The notes beneath the pieces were generated by a model that was not told where the DNA came from, searched no databases, and saw only the letters and a list, made by a program, of their open reading frames with translations. Both the position numbers and the translations under genes were made by a program. A DNA stretch of 64,000 nt from Antedon mediterranea (Eukaryota > Animalia > Echinodermata), in NCBI RefSeq assembly GCF_964355755.1, contig NC_092677.1, forward strand, positions 1,758,101 to 1,822,100, given 5' to 3'. Position 1 is the first letter of the stretch, and every line of letters starts with the position of its first letter. Positions 57,201-64,000 of the stretch are shown one piece after another.

Positions 57201-58948
57201 TGGATACATACAAATGGTATAACAAATGGTTACCTTGGTACAAACATGTAAAAGCGTGTAGATCTATATAAAACGGCAAGCCGCATTTACTTTACACAGT
57301 GACAAACTATCATGTGAAACCAAGGAACTTTTTATTGATCTAAATCTAAAGGTTGCATTGATTAATGTTTTCTAGGTGATATGATTGATGACACCGACCA
57401 AGAATTTACCCGTGAATTCTACAACGCCCTCTCGACAGTCTGCAATGATCTGTTCTTTGCACGATATCGTCGAACCAGCGCCCTCACACAGGCCGAGCAA
57501 GAGCTATCGGCAGAGCAGAAGGAGAAGGAAGAGAAGAGTTCTCGTATGTTACTTGAATCTTTGTTTGGGGATTCACATGCTAATGCTGATAGTGAGAATG
57601 TTATGGAACAACTTCTGGATATGCAGCTGATGAGAGGCTCTGATAGCTCTGGAGTTAACCTTACACAAGAACAGATGAATGAACGGTATACTTAATAAAT
57701 CATTTTTTTACATGAACAAATTTGATTTGATTTGATTATTTGTCTTTAAAGTACTATCCAATTAGATTTAGACAGCCTAGATATTTTGTAAGATTTTAGT
57801 TGAAAATTTCATTTATTTGACCATACAGATAAAATAGGTCAGAGAAATAATAGTCTGTCATCAGCGTATTAAACCTCTTCTTTCATTTTCCATCAGGTTA
57901 AGCAAATACAACAACACCTCTGTGAACATACAAATGAGGAACTTCTTGGGAAGCGTTGAGGACAAAATGACTCTTGCCAAACAGCACGGCACAAACGACA
58001 AGGTTGATGAACGGTTATCTCAACTGACTGGCAAGACAGTGCTAACACGACGTGTCGCTCCTCAACCTGGAAAAGACTTGATTGATCAACTTCCGGGCGA
58101 ACTTAGTGGAACAGCAATGTGGAAGAAGTCAATATCGGAGACAATTGCTAGACAGTATGCAGGAGGACGCATCCAGCTGGCCACTGATAAGGCCGCAAAC
58201 AAAGATCTGTTCTACACATTTTTTCAGGTTAGCATTTTTTCTGAAATAAGTAACCAAATAATTGTTTTCTTTTCGTATTATTATTTCATTTATGCCTTGC
58301 TAAAAACTTCTGGCAGTTTTGTAGTTCTTCCTTTGTAATTTCACTACTAATACAATTCTTTTAGGATGAGGTAAAATCACTTGAAGAGAAAATCGATAAC
58401 CTTAGTGAGCAGTTTTCCAGCCTTAGTAAACAAGTCTTGGAACGGCAAGAGAAAGTACATGGTCTGGGCAATGAGTTGAAACAACAGAAAGACTTGGTGC
58501 AAAAGAGTGATGGAAAGGTAAGTCAACAGCTAGGCTAAAACATCAAAATTCAAACATTGACTACATACAGTATAGTAAGTGGGCAGTCAGATAAGGACTA
58601 TAAACCGCATAGGTCTAACAAGAACCTAGTACATATTTCAAGACGAGTAGGGGGTTACCTCTCGTTAACAGATGAAGGAGCGAGCGCCTTAAATGGCAGG
58701 AGGCCCTGTGGTTTGTTTTTAACTTTTTAATGTTTGTCATACATTGTTATTCCTTCCATCAACAGACATCTGCCATTAAGGACACAACAGAACAACTAAG
58801 TATGACTCAATCAAGTCTGACTACACTGATTGCAAAACGTGCCAACACGTCGCATCGACTAGAAATGTTCCGCAAAGAACTTGAGGATCGTCAAGCACAA
58901 CTACAAATGTATCGAGAAAAAAGTGCAAGAAAAGAAACACGAAAATAA
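1..58948 (+). CDS. Giant multi-exon gene (5'-truncated by the window): GCC2/GCC3 (ephrin-receptor-like) cysteine-repeat type I membrane protein with a long cytoplasmic coiled-coil tail; about 123 exons and about 8,900+ aa in the window
   Basis: Short GC-richer blocks bounded by AG/GT alternate with AT-rich introns. The junctions I checked keep frame (e.g. 232/402, 47746/48213, 50054/50270, 50438/50717, 51090/51284, 56703/56859). The translation is continuous from FSCPAGSSCNSSTAVPC at base 3 to ...KSARKETRK* at 58946-58948. Confidence 0.9.
2088..2253. mobile_element. MITE family B (Tc1/mariner-pogo-like, TA target)
   Basis: TA-CAGTCAATTCTCCCAATACCGG...GGATTGGAAGAGTTGACTG-TA. Confidence 0.75.
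3560..3697. mobile_element. MITE family A (PIF/Harbinger-like), full copy
   Basis: TIRs AGCTCTGT(C/A)TACACTATCAAACT...AGTTTG(A/G)TAGTGTAGACAGAGCT, flanked by TTA on both sides. Confidence 0.85.
4527..4623. mobile_element. MITE family A, partial
   Basis: Left TIR plus partial core. Confidence 0.7.
4740..5510 (+). mobile_element. 5'-truncated LINE remnant (CR1/L2-group-like ORF2 C-terminus plus 3' UTR and microsatellite tail)
   Basis: Two overlapping frameshifted ORFs, LTYGIIVWG...LLLLQKKALRII... and FMFKY...HTYNTR...SIAYRGPKLWNQL...IFKKLL, are typical of the post-RT region of CR1/L2-group LINEs. The element ends in AATAAA plus (ATCA)n at ~5484-5510. Confidence 0.85.
9013..9153. mobile_element. 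Fold-back / MITE-like element with ~35-bp imperfect inverted ends
   Basis: GTTAATTGGTTCAGATGTTTACCCTACTCTGACATA ... TATGTCAGAGTAAGGAAAACATCTGACCAATTAAC. Confidence 0.6.
9365..11145. repeat. Minisatellite, 22 x 81 bp, spanning an exon end plus 5' splice donor
   Basis: Unit CAAACCAGAACC(G/A)TGCCCT(A/C)GAGGAGAATATCAAACG|GTATGTATT(T/C)GTTAAGGTTTGCATTGCGAATAAACACTAGTAGA. Period 81 (9365, 9446, ...); one unit has a 1-nt deletion near 10389. Confidence 0.97.
12382..28676 (+). CDS. Exons 22-57: Cys-rich repeats, first ~4 of the ~700-aa super-repeats
   Basis: Approximate exons: 12382-12552, 12761-13011, 13235-13501, 13888-14091, 14334-14483, 14790-14969, 15230-15652, 16042-16257, 16659-16908, 17259-17473, 17740-17958, 18109-18215, 18637-18890, 19001-19167, 19318-19532, 19725-19958, 20126-20313, 20565-20837, 21039-21178, 21317-21462, 21694-21843, 21983-22256, 22440-22529, 22647-22922, 23075-23302, 23412-23957, 24079-24173, 24313-24426, 24604-24894, 25179-25397, 25798-25983, 26231-26458, 26691-26903, 27286-27415, 28235-28372, 28557-28676. 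Confidence 0.88.
13520..13793 (+). mobile_element. Possible solo LTR
   Basis: TGTGGAATG...CATTACACA inverted termini (8/9 match), an internal AATAAA at ~13725, and higher GC than neighbouring introns. No clear TSD. Confidence 0.35.
16294..16450. mobile_element. MITE family A, full copy
   Basis: Same TIRs and internal GTGATGTGCCCATATATGGACATGATGATGTCATA core; TTA/TTA flanks. Confidence 0.85.
27591..28237. repeat. Minisatellite, 12 x 54 bp, spanning an intron end plus 3' splice acceptor
   Basis: Unit TAAATGTTATGAATCTTTTAATG(G/A)TAATTCATTG(G/A)CTTTATTACTCACTAG|TTG. The last copy supplies the acceptor of the exon starting at 28235. Confidence 0.97.
28783..47746 (+). CDS. Exons 58-100: Cys-rich repeats, remaining super-repeats and terminal repeats
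   Basis: Approximate exons: 28783-29167, 29529-29742, 29967-30200, 30471-30722, 30933-31394, 31509-31676, 31825-31935, 32069-32251, 32633-32848, 33166-33447, 33646-33885, 34250-34516, 34726-34904, 35099-35206, 35364-35633, 35801-36010, 36120-36419, 36629-36967, 37114-37275, 37578-37787, 38067-38247, 38403-38675, 38885-39019, 39302-39526, 39827-39958, 40191-40352, 40486-40608, 40762-40932, 41089-41456, 41729-41950, 42286-42539, 42648-42868, 43161-43384, 43601-43747, 44020-44184, 44338-44664, 44917-45025, 45347-45615, 45757-45912, 46200-46415, 46595-46709, 46871-47067, 47534-47746. Confidence 0.88.
29316..29464. mobile_element. MITE family C (Harbinger-like TIRs)
   Basis: AAGCTTGGTTTCCACTAG...GTAGTGGGAACAAAGCTT. 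The internal GAACTGTCGCTTGTCA is shared with 32405-32513. Confidence 0.65.
32405..32513. mobile_element. MITE family C, partial
   Basis: TGGTTCCCACTAGAGACGCAAC...GAACTGTCGCTTGTCA, similar to the 29316 copy. Confidence 0.55.
37322..37459. mobile_element. MITE family A, left TIR lost
   Basis: Core plus right TIR AGTTTGATAGTTTAGACAGAGCT. Confidence 0.8.
41610..41670. mobile_element. MITE family A, fragment
   Basis: CATGATGAT...CACTACCATAT...TTTGATAGTGTAGACAGA. Confidence 0.65.
42892..43031. mobile_element. MITE family A, full copy
   Basis: Both TIRs present; same orientation as the 3560 copy. Confidence 0.85.
43790..43870. mobile_element. MITE family A, fragment
   Basis: CTCTGTCTAAACTATCAAACTTTGTGAC...GTGCCCATATATGGACATGATGATGTCATA. 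Confidence 0.7.
45080..45215 (+). mobile_element. Degenerate tRNA-derived SINE (Deu/Nin-core-like) remnant
   Basis: B-box GGTTCGAGACC at ~45089, followed by AAAAGAGTAGGAGATCATCTCCCGGTG, which resembles the Deu/Nin SINE core as recalled. Confidence 0.45.
45965..46100. mobile_element. MITE family A, full copy
   Basis: Both TIRs and the core are present. Confidence 0.83.
48213..50438 (+). CDS. Exons 101-105: non-repetitive juxtamembrane ectodomain plus transmembrane helix
   Basis: Exons ~48213-48486, 48886-49030, 49157-49288, 49536-50054, 50270-50438. They encode CTCMGKYRSFQTQDGSCVCQSGY, then ARRRLL, then GIANPIFCLELEEMLVF...YPVYIKDHLFNTNPMFDYSEFRDL, then the hydrophobic WGLIIG|MLAFLFACVVMLVVAVIVW followed by basic RP...WKPRYR (positive-inside rule). 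Confidence 0.88.
50207..50238. mobile_element. MITE family A, TIR-only remnant
   Basis: TCTGTCTACACTATCAAAAATTGACAGAGCT: the two ends joined with the interior deleted. Confidence 0.55.
50717..58948 (+). CDS. Exons 106-123: cytoplasmic tail (E/K/Q/R-rich coiled coils, then a globular HALAH-containing domain, then a terminal coiled coil)
   Basis: Approximate exons: 50717-51090, 51284-51513, 51878-52114, 52346-52540, 52767-52970, 53297-53476, 53707-54003, 54168-54392, 54641-54925, 55040-55556, 55684-55847, 55958-56227, 56490-56703, 56859-57188, 57376-57686, 57897-58227, 58365-58517, 58766-58948 (TAA). Confidence 0.88.
51091..51220. repeat. Degenerate ~21-bp tandem repeat starting at a splice donor
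   Basis: About 6 GTAGGCCTAGAAATATTTAAT-like units. Confidence 0.6.
53143..53271. mobile_element. MITE family A, full copy
   Basis: Both TIRs (slightly diverged) and the core are present. Confidence 0.83.
54402..54543. mobile_element. MITE family A, right TIR truncated
   Basis: Left TIR AGCTCTGTCTACACTATCAAA plus core. Confidence 0.8.
58585..58660 (+). mobile_element. SINE core fragment (Deu/Nin-like)
   Basis: GATAAGGACTATAAACCG...AAGAACCTAGTACA...GAGTAGGGGGTTACC, resembling the Deu/Nin SINE core as recalled. Confidence 0.45.
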
Positions 58949-59104
58949 AAATTCACATAGAAAATAATTCAAAACGCACCAACATCTTTATGTTTATCAT
59001 AAATTGTCATAGTAATTTATTTAACATTTTTGGCAACAAATATATAATTTTTGTCTTCTATCTATATTTTTGATAAAATATTTATATAGAATGTTTTGTA
59101 TCCA

Positions 59105-59430
59105 TTTAAATTGTCTGTAAACCCAGTTGTAATATACTGCCCAGTTTATGTGTACTTCTAAAACCTTAGTACAACTGTGTAATCATTTTAAATTGTCTGT
59201 AAACCCAGTTGTAATATACTGTCCAGTTTATGTGTACTTCTAAAACCTTAGTACAACTGTGTAATCATTTTAAATTGTCTGTAAACCCAGTTCTAATATA
59301 CTGCCCAGTTTATGTGTACTTCTAAAACCTTAGTACAACTGTGTAATCATTTTAAATTGTCTGTAAACCCAGTTGTAATATACTGCCCAGTTTATGTGTA
59401 CTTCTAAAACCTTAGTACAACTGTGTAATC
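59105..59430. repeat. Tandem repeat, 4 x 82 bp, in the presumed 3' UTR
   Basis: AAATTGTCTGTAAACCCAG... recurs at 59108, 59190, 59272 and 59354. Confidence 0.93.
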
Positions 59431-59494
59431 TTCCACAAGTGATGTGTTCCATACCACTTCTTCATCACAATTTTTGTTTTACTTTGTGAGCTTT

Positions 59495-59500
59495 TAATAA
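59495..59500 (+). promoter_or_regulatory. Candidate polyadenylation signal of the giant gene
   Basis: AATAAA about 550 nt after the stop; further candidates at ~60171 and ~60982. Confidence 0.35.
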
Positions 59501-60471
59501 AGTAGTAACACATTATAAATTATTCCTACAAAGAGTGTTACAGTGAAAGTATCGAGTCTATTCGATTTTTACCTTTTATATAATCATTAAAATCATGATT
59601 GTAGATTAATTTAGCATAAAATACAGCTTGGATTCAAATGATATTATGTAGTTGAAATATTTTGTAAGAAGTATTTCCTGAAATCCGTCCTATTTTTATA
59701 TCACCTTGATTTTGTAAATTTATGGTATGCATATAAGAACATTTGTTTATAAATATATTTTTGTGAATTTCTTAATTTTATCACCTTAAATTATATTGTA
59801 ATGTATAAAATTCTTTCTAAATCCGTCCATTTTTACATTTGCACCTTGATATTAAATCAGTACTTTTGTTATTAATAAGTTTATTATTGATTAATTAATA
59901 GTATATTAAATCATACTATCTGGCAGCTTTGGCAACACTAACTTTCTAACATGCCTTTTAATATACCTACTATTTCTAACAGTGCATTTACATTATAATA
60001 GTGTGCCTTTTAAAATCAATTACTAAATTCATTCATTATTACTTTCATTTTAATTTTAATGATAAACTCATTGCCTTTCAACATTATAACTTGATACATT
60101 CCATATTCATGTATTTATTGTGTAAATATTGTTTGGTGTTTTTTTTAATAATATTTTTTGGTATAGAAGAAATAAATAATTTTAAAATTGTACAGAAATT
60201 GTAAATGTACTAATAAGGAGATTATGCTCACAAAGCTAGTTTTATAAATATTATTAAAATAATGTCTAGAGATTAGATTTTAAATGACCATTCTTAGTGG
60301 TAAAAACTAAAGTTGAGTGGATATCTGTTAATATACTTTACACAGAGCTATGTTTTTTAGATGTAATTGTAAGTGTGCTTTACATAGTATTTGTATAAAT
60401 TAGAGATATTTGATAATTATATTCAGAATACTTATATAAGTTTACAAGCACATAGTATTTAAGACAATGAC

Positions 60472-60768
60472 AGAACCAAGTTAAAGTAAGATGTCCCTTC
60501 TATCAACCTGTTACATTCACTAAGTTCTACTGTTGCGGGAGATGAAGCTACTTCACACATTGAAAGACCAAGAACCAAGTTAAAGTAAGATGTCCCTTCT
60601 ATCGACCTGTTACAGTCACTAAGTTCTACTGTTGCGGGAGATGAAGCTACTTCACACATTGAAAGACCAAGAACCAAGTTAAAGTAAGATGTCCCTTCTA
60701 TCGACCTGTTACAGTCACTAAATTCTATTGTTGTGGGAGACAAAACTACTTTACACATTGGAAGACCA
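60472..60768. repeat. Tandem repeat, 3 x 99 bp
   Basis: AGAACCAAGTTAAAGTAAGATGTCCCTTC... recurs at 60472, 60571 and 60670; the third copy is diverged. Confidence 0.92.
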
Positions 60769-62266
60769 TGAAGGAATTCCTCCATGGACAGCTGATGTTG
60801 ATAAATGCCCGATTAGTAATTATAAATCTGGACGCCCTATCGAGACATTATGGGAACCCACGATCAGTAGTCATCAATATTTTGTTCATTGGTTCTGTCA
60901 GCATAAGATTTCATTTTTATTATACTATAGTTATTTTTTTCATTTCTTATATTTATTTGCACTATAACATTGCCAAATGTCAATAAAAGTGATTTCATCC
61001 AATGTTATAATTGTTTGTTTCCATGTTACCTGATCATTGGATCTTTGAGGTATACTTTTATTGTCAGCTTCTTCTAATATATCTTAAATGTTCACCTTAT
61101 CACTCTGTCAAATAATATTATATTATGTGGTTATGTTGCTTTATATGTAAGACCTATGTATCCAAGTTCATTCAGTAACGATTCAAAACAATGAGTTTCT
61201 TTCCATTTCTCCATCATAAAAGACTATGTTTTTACCAATCCTTTATGCATACATCTGGTGCACAAATGGGGAATTAATGTATAGCCTATCTTTGTAGTAA
61301 ACAGCCCATCTTTGTAGTAAACAGCCCTTTCACCAAAATCAACTCCACCCGCAACAAAATATACAATGAATTAAAAAACATCTAGTACATTATTAAGAAT
61401 ACAAAAACAAAATATATTTATGTTAAATTTATTTTAAATGAAATTTTCTTCAAACATTTACAAAGTGTAATCTGACTTATTGCGTTAAATGCGATAGAAA
61501 TGATCAAGGTTGTGAACAGGTTTAGACCCGAGACCTGTGCTGTGGAAATGTATGGCGTCATGATAGCAACACCAAAATCTAGAACCTAGACCGACATGTG
61601 GGCAGCGTGAGAATGCTACTGTATGGCCAGAAGGGAAATATGACCATGGAAAATGAATACAATATCTGATGAAATAGTCGTGTTATGGTGTATTTCTATT
61701 AAAACATATTTTTATTGAAGTTATACGAATTGATGTAACAATGTCTGAACTTATCATTTTAGATTATCATACAGCCAATATTGATATATTTCATATTATC
61801 ATTTTTTTGTTTATAATAATAAAATATGTTATAATAGACCGTCATAGTTTGGCAACAGTGTCTGGTATAGCGGGATTAAACCTAATAATATTGTAATATA
61901 TGCTGGTTGCATCATCAAAACATAAATTACAGTATTGTACCAATTGCGTACAATTTGAAATGACCCTGTTCATTTAAAAAACAAATTACTGATTGTACTG
62001 CAGTATTTACAACACTTACTGCAGTAAATATACTACAGTAAATATTGTATTCATCTCACAAAATCAAACCAAATAGTAAAGCCTACATTATTCTTCTAGG
62101 TAATATTATTCACATCATCATTATTGATTCTTAAGAAACAGTATTTTCCATTTTCTTATTTTCAGCATGATTATAAATTTACAAACTAAACATCAATTTC
62201 TGCTAAAACAAATACATAATTACAAAAAAAACGTTTCTAATTCTTTTAAAATTGTGCATAAGTTTT

Positions 62267-62355
62267 TCAGTTCTCTTTTGCATCAGTTGTATCGTTTGGT
62301 TTCGCTTCCTCCTCAGTCCCGCCATCTTTCTTCATTGCTTTTCTTGCCATCATAC
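62267..62355 (-). CDS. Last coding exon of the IQ-motif protein
   Basis: Boundary is tgtag|GT ATG ATG GCA AGA AAA..., giving (G)MMARKAMKKDGGTEEEAKPNDTTDAKEN* (TGA). The phase-1 join with the previous exon completes the IQ motif IQAGFKGMMARK. Confidence 0.85.
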
Positions 62356-63342
62356 CTACAAATGTTAAAAAGAGGTTATTTTTTTAGCAAAACAAAAATT
62401 GTTTGGAAACAATGTCAAGTTGGTTCTTTTAAAGAAATTTGAACATTTATAATTAATGAGTAATAACAATTTAATTTCCACAAAAAATCAAAATAACTAG
62501 CTCATTATTTGTTTAAAACAACCAAGAATGAGCTATAGTAATTATTATGAATTTTCTTCCTAGCTGAAACCACCTGTGTGGTATGCAAATTAGACTTGTT
62601 GATGCACGGTTCAATGCATTGGTGGGTTTAGTTTTGTAGACAGTGGATCTAAAAAAAACATTGCTTCTAGCTGAAAGCATTTGTGGTATGCAAATTAAAC
62701 TTTACATAATATGCATTCAGTTTTAGAAGGTATTGAGAGTTGCTAATGCATGGCTCAGTGCATTGGTTGCTTCAGTTCTGTAGAGTGTAGATCTATAAAA
62801 GCATTGTTCTGTATATAAACTGCAAGCAGTGTTCAAATCACTGTTTGCTCTCTATGTGATAGAAGGAAATGTGTGTCTTCACAGGGCTACAACAAGTTTG
62901 GATTTTATACAAGTTTCATGTGGATAACAACGTCAATACTACTTATTATTACTACTTATTATTACTACTTTGTTTGAAATGATTATACTTGGATATACTG
63001 GCTGGATTTATAGGACATTTATAGAAGGTAAGAATTTTAAGATTATAAATTAAGACTAATATTAATTGTAAGCATGGTGGTAGATATTAGATCCCTCCAT
63101 GGTGTGAGGCTGCTGTATCTTAAACCTACCTTAAGTATAAGGCTGTGAAGGTACCTTAAGGACTATAATATTTTAGTGTAAGCAGTTTATAAATATTATG
63201 ATTGCAATAAAGATTATTAGATTATTAGATGATTTGAGATCCCTCCATGATGTATTGTAAAACTGAGGTACTTTTAGGACAGGTCTATCTTGGTCTGTGA
63301 TTGTGTTAACGACTCTTACTACTACAGGTGTGCAAATCTCAC

Positions 63343-63463
63343 CTTTAAACCCAGCTTGAATTTTGACTGTTGCATCAGCGACCTTTGGGTCATTCAGGTC
63401 AATATCTATTTCTTCCTCTTCTTCATTCTTTGTTTCTTGTGCAGCTGGGGGAGGGGCATCCAC
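63343..63463 (-). CDS. Penultimate coding exon of a neurogranin/PEP-19/GAP43-like IQ-motif calmodulin-binding protein
   Basis: Boundaries are ttag|GTG GAT...TTT AAA G|gtgag. The exon encodes VDAPPPAAQETKNEEEEEIDIDLNDPKVADATVKIQAGFK, an acidic stretch plus IDIDLxDP...IQ typical of calpacitins. Upstream exons are not identified and probably lie outside the window. Confidence 0.85.
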
Positions 63464-63543
63464 CTAACATGAGGGAATATCACAACCACTTCATAAATAA
63501 TGATAATAGTGTAATAATGTAGGTGAACTAAACAACACATGCA

Positions 63544-63636
63544 CAGTCAACTCTCCCAATACCGGGCCGAAAGTGTTTCCAACGGTAAAAATAAATTTGG
63601 GACGTCAAAAAAGTCTTGTTTTGGGAGAGTTGACTG
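63544..63636. mobile_element. MITE family B, shorter copy
   Basis: CAGTCAACTCTCCCAATACCGG...TTGGGAGAGTTGACTG-TA. Confidence 0.72.
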
Positions 63637-63815
63637 TACTAGAAAAGATATTTGAATAACAAAAAGTAATTAATTAGTTTAAAATTAAAAGTAACACAAT
63701 ATAAATTAGTTATTAAATAACTTGAGAAAAAAAAAGTTTTTATAATATAGAAATAAATAGATTATATCATAAATAGAACATGAAGAAACTTCCTAAATAT
63801 AAACAAGAAGAAGTT

Positions 63816-63962
63816 AGTAAAATATAAATGTTAGAAGCAAGTGATTTGTTAGTAACAAGCATCCAATCAGGAGCTGTTAAGGAGTAAAAATATAAATGTT
63901 AGAGGCAAGCAATTTGTTAGACTTGTGTTAGTAACAAACATATCCAATCAGGAGCCGTTAAG
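63816..63962. repeat. Imperfect tandem duplication (~70-80 bp) with CCAAT motifs
   Basis: AGTAAAATATAAATGTTAGA...GTTAGTAACAA...ATCCAATCAGGAGC(T/C)GTTAAG occurs twice. Confidence 0.6.
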
Positions 63963-64000
63963 CATGTAGCGTTAGCTGTTAGTAATATGCATAACCAATG

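Noticed and set aside
458-58948. Many short alternative-frame and minus-strand ORFs in the ORF track
   Set aside because: They overlap true exons or MITEs (e.g. 3576-3920, 16189-16499, 54442-54663) and are shadows of codon bias, with no independent protein signature.
50717-58948. Coiled-coil region as a separate trichohyalin/myosin-like gene
   Set aside because: Splice junctions from the repeats through the TM exon into this region keep frame, and there is no stop codon or intergenic gap.

Overview
AT-rich, intron-rich eukaryotic (animal, probably marine invertebrate) genomic DNA; nothing prokaryotic is evident. Bases 1-58948 are the 3' part of one giant + strand gene, about 123 GT-AG exons and about 26.9 kb of CDS inside the window (about 8,900-9,000 aa by manual exon summation; the N-terminus lies upstream). 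It encodes a single-pass membrane protein with about 7,000 aa of GCC2/GCC3 (ephrin-receptor-like) 'CPxGxYCPxG' repeats, partly organised as about 7 super-repeats of about 700 aa. These are followed by a Cys-poor juxtamembrane domain with an RRRLL motif, one TM helix, and a cytoplasmic tail of about 1,600 aa with repeated EVC/EVC2-like coiled-coil units and a degenerate zincin-like HALAH motif. The last two coding exons of a convergent neurogranin/PEP-19-like IQ-motif gene lie on the - strand at 62267-63463. The introns carry about 11 copies of a Harbinger-type MITE, other MITEs, a LINE 3' end and SINE remnants. Two tandem arrays multiply splice sites: 22 x 81 bp of a donor junction and 12 x 54 bp of an acceptor junction. 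Exon boundaries were read by eye and may be off by 1-3 nt.
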